From NCBI GenBank assembly GCA_963843335.1, contig CAWJKF010000008.1:144500-208499 (forward strand): a stretch of 64,000 nt of DNA. The letters run 5' to 3'. The notes under the pieces were generated by a model. That model saw nothing but the letters and a program-made list of their open reading frames with translations. It did no database searches and was not told the origin of the DNA. A program made the translations under genes and the position numbers. The stretch comes from an uncultured Chloroflexia bacterium (GTDB taxonomy: Bacteria > Chloroflexota > Limnocylindria > Limnocylindrales > CSP1-4). Position 1 is the first letter of the stretch, and each line of letters starts with the position of its first letter. Shown one piece after another: positions 1-9,387 of this stretch.

Positions 1-421
1 ACGGATGCTGCCGCGCTATCGGAACCCCGGAGGCGCGCTACAGGGATGTGGCAGCCAAGGATGCCGCGGTGGGCCGGCTGACGCGCGCCTGGGAGGAAGG
101 GCGGGTCGACTTGCGACACGCCTGCAACGCTGCCTCGGCCGCCGTTCGCGTCGGCGGACCACAGGTGCTCGGATCGATCCTGAGGTCTCATCTGGGGATA
201 GGACCGGCGGGCGCCGGAGCCGTTTGCCTCACGGCCCCTTGGCAGCCCCCAACCCAAGGACCCGGCACACACGTGCCAGGTCCTTGCTATGGGACCTGCG
301 GACCGTGGACGAGTCCCGCTTCCGGATGGCGCGGCAGGACGGCAGGCTCGTGGAGTTCGACTCCGATACGGAGATCGACCGCGAGCGCTTCACCACGACG
401 ATACGCCCGCGGCCAGGCTGA
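1..421 (+). pseudogene. PAS-like sensor protein, C-terminal part (5' end off-window; reading frame changes near 200-280)
   Basis: The frame of ORF 5..421 ends LLWDLRTVDESRFRMARQDGRLVEFDSDTEIDRERFTTTIRPRPG*. This closely parallels the C-terminus of the 30170..31252 protein (ESRFRMSRQDGVLVEFDSYTEVRGERFTTTMRPRPVG*). Further upstream, the protein-like reading (AAKDAAVGRLTRAWEEGRVDLRHACNAASAAV) lies in the frame of ORF 48..584. Confidence 0.45.
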
Positions 422-456
422 CAGCCCGAGGCGTCGGTCCGGTTGGGTGCCCAGGC

Positions 457-1179
457 CTAGACGATCCCGACGTGGCCGGCAGGCGAGCCGGACCCGCTCG
501 GCGCATGCCGGACCTCGAACTCGTAGCTCACCAGCTCGTAGTGGACGGGTGCTCCGGACTCCAGCCGGGCGGTATTGCGGGTAGAGAGCGGATGCCTGAT
601 GTCGCCGCCGGTGCATCGTTCGATCGCCGACCAGTCGGGCCACGCCGAGACGCTCACGAAGCTAGCGGTGCCGTCCGTCGCCGACACCAGTGCACCGAGG
701 CCATCCTGCCGCTGCCCATCGGTGATGGTGCCGGCCTGGGCCTCGGCGAGATACGCCTCGAGCTCTCCTGGACGTGTCCGACCCCGGAAGAGCCGCATGA
801 CGGTCATGGGTACCGTCCGCTCGAAGCTCTCGTAGATCCGCACGGGCAGGATCTCGGTCCTCACCTCGGCGATCCGCGCGGCAGGCCGGGGATGCTGCGA
901 GAGGAGCTCGGACGCCTCCAGCGCCTCCTCCGCGTCCGGGCGCGTCGTCCACAGCGAGACGAGCACGAGCTCGTGACCGGCAGCGTCGGTCCGTCGAGCC
1001 AGCCAGCTCCAGCGGTGTCCGTGCTGGCCTCCATGCATCGCCATCGATCCGCGCAGGTGGGCGTCGACCTCCTGGTGGCTGTCCAGGGGCCGGAACGTCG
1101 TCAGACGCAGGTGGGGCCGCCGCTCCCAGGTCGGCTGCGATGCGTCCTCGGCAGGCATCGGAGCATCCTCATCGTGCAC
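457..1179 (-). CDS. hypothetical protein with two tandem ~100-aa alpha+beta halves (ABM/Dabb-like is only a guess)
   Basis: 240-aa ORF with protein-like composition, unlike its Arg/Pro-rich shadow frames. It has an internal two-half architecture (..LVLVSLWTTRPDAEEALE.. / ..SFVSVSAWPDWSAIERC..). Confidence 0.55.
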   Translation of the reverse strand: MHDEDAPMPAEDASQPTWERRPHLRLTTFRPLDSHQEVDAHLRGSMAMHGGQHGHRWSWLARRTDAAGHELVLVSLWTTRPDAEEALEASELLSQHPRPAARIAEVRTEILPVRIYESFERTVPMTVMRLFRGRTRPGELEAYLAEAQAGTITDGQRQDGLGALVSATDGTASFVSVSAWPDWSAIERCTGGDIRHPLSTRNTARLESGAPVHYELVSYEFEVRHAPSGSGSPAGHVGIV

Positions 1180-1421
1180 ACATGACCGACACGCCCGAGT
1201 GTGCCAGTGGGACCAGACGATCGCAAGATGCCTGACATCGAATGGGGATGGCCGACCAGATCCTGGCGCGAGGGGACACGAGTCGCTGGCGGCGGTAGTC
1301 CGCTGGTGTCACCGCGTGCCGGCTGCCCATCGCCCAGCCGGCCAGGTCCGGCCGGCGCCGAGGTCCGATTCCGCTGCTGGCGAACCTTGTCGTACTCCAG
1401 GCCGTCCAGCCTCTCTGGTCG

Positions 1422-1427
1422 CCTAGT
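1422..1427. repeat. target-site duplication CCTAGT (left copy) of IS481-family element
   Basis: CCTAGT lies immediately outside the left inverted repeat, and an identical hexamer is at 2481..2486. IS481 elements duplicate 6 bp at NCTAGN. Confidence 0.8.
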
Positions 1428-2480
1428 TCTGTTCTCCCACGAGGTTGGTGACACGAGGAGCCCGTCACCAGCTAGGTTGAAGGCGCTGACCTACACAACC
1501 TTCCTGGGAGGGCTCCTCGGGTGCATTGTCATGGCAACGCCCGTCTGACACCGCGTGGGCGCGCGGAGGTCTTCGCGGCGGTCGAGACGGGCATGACCGT
1601 CACGGCCGCATGTGCCGCGTTCCGCATCAGCCGACGCTGCTACTACCGCTGGCTGCCCCGGTGGCGGGTCGACCGGGCCTCGGGCCTGGTCGACCACAGT
1701 TCCCGGCCGGGCCGGTCACCCCAGCGACTGTCGGCCCCGCAGGAGGCCCGGATCGCGGCGGTGCGGCGCTCGACCGGCTGGGGGCCGGACCGCATCGGCG
1801 CCCTGCTGGCCATCCCCGCCTCCACGGTCCATCGGGCCATCGGCCGCCTGGGTCTCGGTCGACCGGGACCGGAGCCCGTGGTCGTCCTGCGCTACGAGCA
1901 CGCGCAGCCGGGCGGCCTCGTCCACCTCGACACCAAGAAGCTGGGTCGCATCGTGGGCGGCCCCGGACACCGGGCCACGGGCGACCGCCGGCATCACCGG
2001 CGGGGTGTCGGCTGGGAGGTACTCCACGTGGCCATCGACGACGCCACCCGCCTCGTGTACGCCGAGATCCTGCCCGACGAGAGGGCGGTCAGCGCAGCCC
2101 GCTTCCTCGTCCGCGCACTGCGCTGGTTCCGGGACCAGGGTGTCAGCGTCCGGCGGATCATCACGGACAACGGCTCGGCCTACCGCAGCCGCCGCTTCGG
2201 CACCGTCCTGCGCAGGCTCACCATCAAGCACACGCGGACCCGGCCCTACCGACCCCAGACCAATGGCAAGGTCGAACGCTGGATCAGGACGGTCCTGTCC
2301 GAGTGCCTCTACCTCGAGGTCTTCGCATCGTCCGCCGGTCGGGCGCTTGCGCTGGCCCGCTTCATCGGGTACTACAACGACCAGCGCCCACACCTGGGTA
2401 TCGACGGGCAGACGCCCCGCCGCCGCCTCGAGCTCCGGCTCGTCGCATGACGGGTGTCACCAACCTCGCGGGGGACTACA
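1428..2480 (+). mobile_element. IS481-family insertion sequence, complete (1053 bp)
   Basis: Terminal inverted repeats TCTGTTCTCCCACGAGGTTGGTGACAC (1428..1454) and GTGTCACCAACCTCGCGGGGGACTACA (2454..2480). The inner 14 bp are perfect and 22/27 match overall. A single DDE transposase ORF lies inside, and 6-bp CCTAGT direct repeats flank the element. Confidence 0.85.
1521..2450 (+). CDS. IS481-family DDE transposase (rve integrase core)
   Basis: 309 aa. N-terminal HTH region (NARLTPRGR..RRCYYRW) followed by an integrase core: LVHLDTKKLGRI, VAIDDATRL, ITDNGSAYRS, RPYRPQTNGKVERW. Confidence 0.9.
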   Translation: MHCHGNARLTPRGRAEVFAAVETGMTVTAACAAFRISRRCYYRWLPRWRVDRASGLVDHSSRPGRSPQRLSAPQEARIAAVRRSTGWGPDRIGALLAIPASTVHRAIGRLGLGRPGPEPVVVLRYEHAQPGGLVHLDTKKLGRIVGGPGHRATGDRRHHRRGVGWEVLHVAIDDATRLVYAEILPDERAVSAARFLVRALRWFRDQGVSVRRIITDNGSAYRSRRFGTVLRRLTIKHTRTRPYRPQTNGKVERWIRTVLSECLYLEVFASSAGRALALARFIGYYNDQRPHLGIDGQTPRRRLELRLVA

Positions 2481-2486
2481 CCTAGT
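2481..2486. repeat. target-site duplication CCTAGT (right copy)
   Basis: Identical to 1422..1427 and directly abuts the right inverted repeat. Confidence 0.8.
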
Positions 2487-2854
2487 CGATCTTCGGATCG
2501 GTCGCGGGTCATCTGCCATGGCCTTGCCGCGACTGTGACGGTCCCCATGCCGGACGGCATCGACGTCCTCGGGGACAGGGCGTCGAGCGACCGCGTCGTT
2601 GGCTGACGATGATCGCTCTGCTCCGGCGGGTCGTCCACTCCGCGAGGTGCTCCCCCGGGCCGCTCGGCGGGCTGACGTCCGGATGGTGCAGCGCCTTTCC
2701 TCCAGGCGCCTCCTGCGGCAGCCGGACCCGCCGGTGGAGAGCTGACCTGCGCCAGGAAGGACCCGACATGAGCCCTTCGCCGCGGCGCGAGCATCCGGCC
2801 ACCACGGTGCCGGCGACTCCAGGAGCCTCAACGCGGCCGAGGGCCTTGCCGAGA

Positions 2855-3460
2855 CTAGGAAACCGTCAACTCGGTCCGCATGCCCGCGAGATAGTGCCCC
2901 GGGATGTTGCAGATGATGACGTGGTGGCCCGCCGGGAGGTCCACGCTGAGCGTCGTGGTAGTGCCCGGCTGGATGGGCCCTGCCCGCTTCAGCGGAGGCA
3001 CCTGGTCCTCGTCGACGGCGCCATCCTTGGTGGGCAGCTGGTCGACCGCGATGTCGGTGGGGATGACCACGAACTCGTGATCGACGGTCCCGGCATTCGT
3101 GATGTCGAAGGTCACCGGGCCGGCGGGGAGGCTCGTGACGTCCAGGCTGATGGCCATCTCGGTGAGCTGCGCGCTGACATGCGTCGAGGTGCAGGGGTCG
3201 ATCGTCTCCGGCGATGCGGCGGCCGGAGCCGGGCTCGACGGGCTGAGGTCGCCCGATGCGACGGTGCCGGGGGAGGACGCTGGGACCATGGAGCCCGTGG
3301 CTGGCGGTGCGCAGGAGGCCAGCGAGGGAGCGGATGGGCTCAGCGCAAGCGATGCCGGCGCGGCGCTTGCTGCCGGGCTCTGGGCGCTGGCAGCGAGGGC
3401 CAGCGATAGGGACAGCATCGCGGTGAGTCCGGACGTGAGCAGGAAGCGCGGACGGGACAT
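2855..3460 (-). CDS. secreted cupredoxin (type-1 copper, plastocyanin/azurin-like) protein
   Basis: Start MSRPRFLLTSGLTAMLSLSLALAASAQS (signal peptide) preceded by GGAGG. C-terminal domain has Cu ligands H (VDHEF) and C-x4-H-x4-M (ICNIPGHYLAGM). Confidence 0.75.
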   Translation of the reverse strand: MSRPRFLLTSGLTAMLSLSLALAASAQSPAASAAPASLALSPSAPSLASCAPPATGSMVPASSPGTVASGDLSPSSPAPAAASPETIDPCTSTHVSAQLTEMAISLDVTSLPAGPVTFDITNAGTVDHEFVVIPTDIAVDQLPTKDGAVDEDQVPPLKRAGPIQPGTTTTLSVDLPAGHHVIICNIPGHYLAGMRTELTVS

Positions 3461-4218
3461 CGATCGGGACCTCCGTGGAGCTGGGACCGCGAGCGTCACA
3501 CGACGGACCGACGGAGGGCGGCATCTGTTGGCGCCATCGACGTGACGATCGCGTGACAAGCCCGCCGAGCGACATCGGGCCCTGGCGCAGGGGGATGGCC
3601 TTTCATCGGGTCGCCGCTGGGATGTCTATGGTCAGACTTCGCCGTCCCGTCTCACGGACGGTCGATCCTCAGCCGGATGGGGCTGCTGCCGCCAGCGGCC
3701 CCACCACCTTCTCCGCGTGCCGTAGGCGGTCCCGATGAAGATCACGGCGAGGACGAACAAGATTACGAGGACAACGAGGTCGGAACTCATAGGGGCATCG
3801 TGGTGGCCCCTCCGACAGGAGGCCCCTCTCCACCTGGCGCTGTGCGTTACAGCGGCGTGACGGCCACCGAAGGGCACAGGCCGAACGATCATTCGCGCCA
3901 GCCGCAGGCACCCGCCCACCGGGCTCCTCCTCCCCAGACCGTATGGCTCCTGGACCACAGGTACGGGGACGCGGCATCGGTGAGCGGCCGGCTCCGCAAA
4001 ACGCTGTGACCTCGGCATCGAGCCCACGCAGATCCGGGAGACATAGCTCCGCAGCCCGCTAGGGGAGCGCATAAGACCGTGCGCCGGCCCGACTGGACCC
4101 CCATGAACGCGGCCGGGCGCGCGTTGCAAGCACGCTGAGACCATTCGGCGCGATGGACGCGCGGGGCCGCAGTGGGACCTTCGCAATGCTGGTCTCCCGT
4201 CCCGACCCAGGAGATCCC

Positions 4219-5127
4219 ATGGACCGAGAGAGCCCGACCCAGGCAGATCCAGCAGCGCCGGTCGATCCCCGCGGCGCAGGTCCGCGACCCGACTTCCCGC
4301 GCCAGCAGCAGGCCACCCCGGGGCGCGAAGGGGAGATGGACCCAGCGCCCGACTTCGGTGAGTCGACCTACGTCGGAGCGGGTCGACTCAGGGGTCGGGT
4401 CGCCCTCGTCACCGGCGCCGACAGCGGCATCGGGCGGGCCGTGGCCCTCGCCTTCGCGCGTGAAGGGGCTGATGTCGTCGTCTCATACCTCGACGAGAGC
4501 GAGGACGCGGCGGTCACCTGCCAGGCTGTCGACGACGCCGGTCGCCGCGCAATCGACGCGCCGGGCGACATCGGCGACGAGCGGCACTGCCAGCGACTCG
4601 TCGAGCGGACGATCGCGGAGTTCGGACGGCTCGACGTCGTCGTCAACAACGCGGCGCACCAGGATCGCTTCGACTCCCTGGACCAGATCACCACCGCAGA
4701 GTGGCACAAGACGTTCGATTCGAACATCCACCCCATGTTCTACCTGGCGAAGGCCGCCCGACCGCACCTGCGCCCGGGCGCCTCGATCATCAATACCACC
4801 TCGGTCCAGGCGTTCCAGCCCTCGCCCTCACTGTTGGCGTATGCCACGACCAAGGGTGCCATCTTGACCTTCACCAAGGCGCTCAGCCAGATGCTGGCTC
4901 CGGAGGGCATCCGGGTGAATGCCGTGGCCCCCGGACCCGTCTGGACGCCCATCATCCCCGCTTCCACGGCACCCGAGAGGACCGCCGAGTTCGGGAGGCA
5001 GACGCCCCTCGGCCGTCCCGCACAGCCGCGCGAGCTGGCGCCCGTCTATGTGCTGCTGGCGTCGGACGACGCCAGCTACATCACCGGCACGGTGTACGCG
5101 GTCGCCGGTGGGATGCCGCTGCCATGA
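4219..5127 (+). CDS. SDR-family oxidoreductase (YghA/YdaD-like)
   Basis: AGGAG RBS before ATG 4219. Motifs TGADSGIGRA (cofactor binding), NNAA, and YATTKGAI (catalytic Y-x3-K). Confidence 0.9.
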   Translation: MDRESPTQADPAAPVDPRGAGPRPDFPRQQQATPGREGEMDPAPDFGESTYVGAGRLRGRVALVTGADSGIGRAVALAFAREGADVVVSYLDESEDAAVTCQAVDDAGRRAIDAPGDIGDERHCQRLVERTIAEFGRLDVVVNNAAHQDRFDSLDQITTAEWHKTFDSNIHPMFYLAKAARPHLRPGASIINTTSVQAFQPSPSLLAYATTKGAILTFTKALSQMLAPEGIRVNAVAPGPVWTPIIPASTAPERTAEFGRQTPLGRPAQPRELAPVYVLLASDDASYITGTVYAVAGGMPLP

Positions 5128-5232
5128 GCGACCGCAGGCCGCGGGCCAACAGCGGCGACTCGTGCCGTCGCGATGAACGGGGCGGTTCACGGCGGCGCGA
5201 CAAGCCGGCCAAGCGCGGTCAAGGGGATCCCG

Positions 5233-5490
5233 GTGACCGCCACGACTGATCGGCGCGCCAGGACGCCAGTGCCCGATGTAGACGCGCTGCGGTGCGCCTC
5301 GTGTTCGGCTGTCGAGTGGCGCAACGAGGGTTCCATCGTTGTCTGGGAAGAGGCTGCGAGCCGGCCACGCATCGGAGTGGTGCGCGGTGGTCGGCCCGGG
5401 CGGGGGCGCGTCTGGCGTTGCCGCTGCGGCCACACCGCGCATGTCGATGGTCAGTCGGACATGCTCGACGCCTTCCTTGCGCCCTCGTAG
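5233..5490 (+). CDS. small Cys-rich hypothetical protein (CxxC ... CxCxH)
   Basis: GTG start preceded by AAGGGGA. Contains LRCASCSAVEW ... WRCRCGHTAH. I recognise no homology. Confidence 0.3.
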   Translation: MTATTDRRARTPVPDVDALRCASCSAVEWRNEGSIVVWEEAASRPRIGVVRGGRPGRGRVWRCRCGHTAHVDGQSDMLDAFLAPS

Positions 5491-6102
5491 GGCGGACCTG
5501 GACGCCTAGGCCCTCCTCGAGGTTGGCCGGGTCTAGGACCGTGCACCTGTCTACACAGACGTGACCCGCTGGTCGCTATTGATCTTCGTGCCCAGTCTAC
5601 GGTGACGGCTGGTCCTCCGGATCCGCGAGTCGAGGACAGGTGCTCCCCGCACCGGGACACCGACCGGGCCAGCCGTCGGCAGCGTCCCCAGACAAGCAAC
5701 CCATGATGTCGCGATCGGCGCTCCAGGGACGAAGGACCCGTCCGTGCCGGCGTCGGAGTCCCATTGCGGGTCCCGAAAAGCTCACAGCACCACCCCGCCG
5801 TCGCACCGGCCGCGACCTCCGGGCGTGGTGTCGCGCCGGCGCAAGGTCGGGGCCTCGGGCACAGGCACGCCGGCAAGGCCGTCGGGCTGAACATCACGCA
5901 TGGCCCTCAGGGGTGCCCGTCGATCCTCCTCGCGGGCCGGGCTCGTCTCATCTCACCCTTCTGATGGGACAGCCCCACCGTCGCCTCGCGGCCACAGACA
6001 CGAGGCGACCGACGGACCCGCCGCAATCCCTTCGCGGCGGGTCCGTGGTTCGCCCGGACAAATGGTTGAGAGAGTTCGCCCCCGGATCGGACGCCGTCCG
6101 CC

Positions 6103-6290
6103 CTATGGCTCGGGCTGCCAGGTCGCGAAGTGGCCATATCCCAGGCCATCGGCGTACCAGGTGAGATGCGCAGCGTCGACGGGATGCTTGTCGCTGCCGT
6201 CCGACTTCATGAGGTCCCAGGTGCGGTTCCCCCAATAGAGGATCTGGTCGCCATCGGGCATCCAGGACGCGGCCCAGCCGCCACCGGCGC
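6103..6290 (-). pseudogene. C-terminal remnant of a PD40/TolB-like beta-propeller protein
   Basis: Only the last ~60 codons look protein-like (GGGWAASWMPDGDQILYWGNRTWDLMKSDGSDKHPVD...ATWQPEP*). The upstream part of the ORF is Arg-rich nonsense. Confidence 0.3.
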
Positions 6291-6440
6291 GCGTCATCGC
6301 ACAGGAGCTGCGGATCGCCGACCCCCTCGCTTCCGAGCGGGCCTCGCGCAAGCGCCGCCCGCACGTTCTCCCCCGGGCCCCGCGTGCTGTGCCACGAGCG
6401 TCGCCGGCAGGAACGTCCGGCGGCATCCCCGGCTGGACCG

Positions 6441-6698
6441 TCAATCAGTCCCGTGCCGGTAGCTGGGCGTTCTTGGCCTCGAACTCCGCTGTGTCAGGAG
6501 ACCGTCACACATCAGATCGCTATAGGTGTGGGGCTGGTCCGGCACCCCGCTGCCCTCTGACCGCTCCTCGCCGATGACCAAGGACCTGGTGATGGTGCCG
6601 GTGATGGCCGCCCACAGGGTGATGCCGAGGATCGTGAGCGCGACGGCTGCCAGGCGGCCCTCAGGTGTGGCGGGCGAGATGTCACCGTAGCCTCGCAT
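6441..6698 (-). pseudogene. K+ channel fragment (selectivity filter plus inner helix only)
   Basis: ORF begins MRGYGDISPATPEGRLAAVALTILGITLWAAITGTI: a GYGD filter followed by one TM helix. There is no TM1 or pore helix, an in-frame stop lies 17 codons upstream of the ATG, and the tail is degenerate. Confidence 0.5.
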
Positions 6699-6738
6699 GG
6701 CGGTACCACCCGGGATGGAGGCTGGACCCTCCGGAGGG

Positions 6739-7065
6739 CTAGGGGCTCACCGCGCGCAGCCGGTTCGCGACGAGGTAGACGGCCCGCGTGGCAGCCTCCA
6801 GCTCATCGTGGGGCACCATCAGGACCGCCGGGACGTGCTGCGGCTCGTGGGGCACGAGCACCAGCGTCGCCGGCCGACCGACCTCGACATCGAGCTGGAC
6901 ACGCCGGATCGCCTCGTGCGGCAGGTCGAGGGCCATCCGCTGGGCGGATGCCACGACGACGCGTCGATCGGTCACCGCCAGCAGCTCGGGCTCGGTGCGG
7001 GCCGCGATCTCCAGTCGCTCGTCGTCAGCGAGCCGGAACGGCAGGGCGTCGGATCGTTGTTCCAT
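6739..7065 (-). CDS. small bacterial PH/GRAM-like domain protein (108 aa), paralog 1
   Basis: GAGGTGAG RBS. About 80% aa identity by hand alignment to 19561..19887. The pattern LAVTDRRVVVAS...LPHEAIRRVQLDV...ATLVLVP resembles bacterial PH-like domains (family assignment is inference). Confidence 0.7.
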   Translation of the reverse strand: MEQRSDALPFRLADDERLEIAARTEPELLAVTDRRVVVASAQRMALDLPHEAIRRVQLDVEVGRPATLVLVPHEPQHVPAVLMVPHDELEAATRAVYLVANRLRAVSP

Positions 7066-7398
7066 CGGTGCTCACCTCAAACGTGGAGCGGCGTGGCGGG
7101 CCCCCGACCGAAAGGGACGCGCGATCGTCGGGGGCCCATGGTGGAGCCCCGGACGACGGATCTCAACGGCCGCCCGGGGCTCGCATTGGAGCGAGTGGAG
7201 ACCAGCGACGGTCTTCCCACCCTCCGAGGGACTTGATGCGAGGGCCTCGGTAGCCAGAGACACTGGCAGACCCACGCCTGGCGAACAAGGCCGTCACCAC
7301 CTCCGGCCATATCGAACGCATCGCGGATCGTGGTCCGCGCAGGCAGCCGCATGCCCGCCCTCGCGGTCCGAGCCCTTCGGTGTCCCCCGTCTCCTGAC

Positions 7399-7938
7399 CT
7401 ATCGCTGGGGCTTGTCGGCCAGGTCGTCGGGTCCGTCCGAGCCGTAGTCGGTGCCACTCGCACGTGCCGGTCCCGGCTGTGATGTCGGCTCCTCGGGTCG
7501 GGGTTCCGTGGCTGGCTTGGCGGGCGGCCGTCGCCCATCTCCGTCGGACGCGCTGTCGGTCGGCGCCGGTCGCCCGGCGTTCGGCGGATAGGGCAGGTCC
7601 GTGCCGTCCGGCCCGCTGTCGGTTGCGTCGTATCGGTCGTCGGGGAGCGGCTGGTCGCCGGCCGTTCCGTCTGTCGGTGGCTGCTCATCCTGGTCTCGCA
7701 CGAATGGATCGGCACCACGCCCCGTGGCGCGCTGCAGCTCGTCGATGCGCTCGGAGGCCTCGGCCTTGGTCATCGAATTGTCCGGCTCCTCACCCGCCTC
7801 GCGGGATAGCGTCTCGAGATACGAGCGCTGTGGGCCGGTCATCGGCTCGTCGCCGGTGACCCAGTCCTCCGGATCCTTGGTGGGATCGAGGTCGGGGCGG
7901 GAGGTATCGGGGTGTCGGGTCCATCGGCTCTGGGTCAT
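7399..7938 (-). CDS. DUF3072-like protein with long acidic/Pro-rich tail
   Basis: N-terminal DPEDWVTGDEPMTGPQRSYLETLSREAGEEP..MTKAEASERIDELQ matches my recollection of the DUF3072 signature. High third-position G+C (GC3). Confidence 0.7.
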   Translation of the reverse strand: MTQSRWTRHPDTSRPDLDPTKDPEDWVTGDEPMTGPQRSYLETLSREAGEEPDNSMTKAEASERIDELQRATGRGADPFVRDQDEQPPTDGTAGDQPLPDDRYDATDSGPDGTDLPYPPNAGRPAPTDSASDGDGRRPPAKPATEPRPEEPTSQPGPARASGTDYGSDGPDDLADKPQR

Positions 7939-8035
7939 GTGGAGCAGGGTGCCCGACGGTAGCTGCCATCGGCAGCTCAGCGGCCGCAGACGACCTTGCG
8001 ATCGCCCACCGACTGCGGCGCGGTACCGGCAGAAT

Positions 8036-8056
8036 GGCCTCCCGCACCGGGAGGCC
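8036..8056. other. perfect 9-bp stem / 3-nt loop hairpin (GGCCTCCCG cac CGGGAGGCC) followed by TTCT
   Basis: Read directly from the sequence. It lies in the gap between the divergent 7399..7938 and 8342..8764 genes. The function (terminator or other) is not established. Confidence 0.3.
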
Positions 8057-8341
8057 TTCTGGCGTAGGGTGTCGGCTTGGATCAGTTCGACGACAGGACG
8101 ACGGCGACGCTGACGCTGGGCTTGGACGATGGTGCGTGCTGCACCACGACCACGATGGTCTGCTTCGCCGAGCTGCCGAAGTGGGCCAGTCCAGACGACC
8201 GGCCGACCCTTGTCGCGTCACTGGTCTATGCGGTGGCCAAGCCGACGACTGCAAGGACGCTGTGATGTGCTGATGGGGCTGGTGGTATCCAGGGCACCAC
8301 CCGCCGGGTAGCGTCGAGCTCCACCACCCACGAGGACGGAC

Positions 8342-8764
8342 ATGACCCAGCAGCAGACCGACGCACATGCACACGGCTCGCACGGGGGACGCGCTCCCGC
8401 ACCGTCGGGCGGAGCATTGCCAGGGCAGGGAGGCACGCCCCCGCAGGCGCCAAGCGAGTACCGGGACCCCGGCGATCCCGATACACCCGCCGAGGAGGGC
8501 CCCGTCGCGGCCCCGGAACGGGAGCCGGTCACGGGACCCCGGGAGACGGCCATGGACCCCGTGGACGAGCTCCATCGACTGGAGCGACAGCAGCCGCTGC
8601 CGGAGTGTCTGCCGGGTGCCCAGAGCGGCTCGATGGATGCGCCACGCGAGGAGCGGGTCATCGAGGAGCAGGAACGGGTCATCGAGGAGCAGGATGGCGT
8701 CGCAGGGGTGGCGATGGGACCGAACCCCCCGGCCACCGGCCACGATGCGGGCATCGACCGTTAG
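8342..8764 (+). CDS. acidic low-complexity hypothetical protein
   Basis: GAGGA before the ATG. About 80% G/C at third codon positions by eye. Contains the tandem ERVIEEQ-ERVIEEQ. Confidence 0.45.
   Translation: MTQQQTDAHAHGSHGGRAPAPSGGALPGQGGTPPQAPSEYRDPGDPDTPAEEGPVAAPEREPVTGPRETAMDPVDELHRLERQQPLPECLPGAQSGSMDAPREERVIEEQERVIEEQDGVAGVAMGPNPPATGHDAGIDR
8654..8695. repeat. 21-bp tandem duplication (2 copies, 20/21 identical)
   Basis: CGGGTCATCGAGGAGCAGGAA / CGGGTCATCGAGGAGCAGGAT, in-frame within the 8342..8764 ORF. Confidence 0.85.
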
Positions 8765-8783
8765 CTGGGCGGGAGGTTCGACC

Positions 8784-9152
8784 ATGCCCACCAAGGCGAC
8801 TGGGATCGAGAACCCGCCCGGCCACGACGACACCGGGCTCGATGCCAGTCTGCCGGTGGCGGCACCAGGAACCGGGAGCGAGGGCCTGGTCAAAGCCCTG
8901 CGTCAGGTCGGCACGCCGTCCCGATATGTCGGTGTTGCGGGACCGCCGCGCGTCGGCTCCCGGTCAGGGACCCTCCGCGCTGGAAGTCAGGGACACCGTT
9001 GGCCATGGCCCTGCCGACCTCGCGAGCACGCCTCAGGTGCGCGGAGAACACGTCAGCTGCGGGGGGCCGAGGACATTGACGTGGCTCTCCAGGACGCCTC
9101 CATGGGGGATCGCCCTGCGGTCCCGGAGGGACCGCCCGAACCGATCGGCTGA
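8784..9152 (+). CDS. hypothetical protein (only the first ~45 codons look protein-like)
   Basis: Strong GGGAGG 7 nt upstream of the ATG. MPTKATGIENPPGHDDTGLDASLPVAAPGTGSEGLVKALRQVG, then Arg/Gly-rich sequence. May be frame-broken. Confidence 0.25.
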   Translation: MPTKATGIENPPGHDDTGLDASLPVAAPGTGSEGLVKALRQVGTPSRYVGVAGPPRVGSRSGTLRAGSQGHRWPWPCRPREHASGARRTRQLRGAEDIDVALQDASMGDRPAVPEGPPEPIG

Positions 9153-9387
9153 CGCTGCCCGGTCGCCGGTGCCAACGGCGCCCCTCCGTGTCTCGGGACC
9201 CTTCCAGCCGCCTCGCATCGGCCCCTGGCAGATGCGATCGTCATCCCGGTGCAAGGCCCGCCGAGCTCGCGATGGTCCGGCTTGGGTGGGATGTGCTGCA
9301 CCGTGTTGCGACGGCACACGCGCAGCCGGGCAGGTGCCATCGATCGGCCGACGAACCCGATCGGATCACTCCGAAGGAGGTCACGCC

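Noticed and set aside
6700-6713. GGGTGGTACCGC on the minus strand, matching the core of the T-box antiterminator sequence
   Set aside because: It abuts the ATG of the K+ channel fragment and lies only ~30 nt after the upstream stop codon. There is no room for a specifier loop, stem I or a terminator. A 12-nt chance match in GC-rich DNA is plausible.
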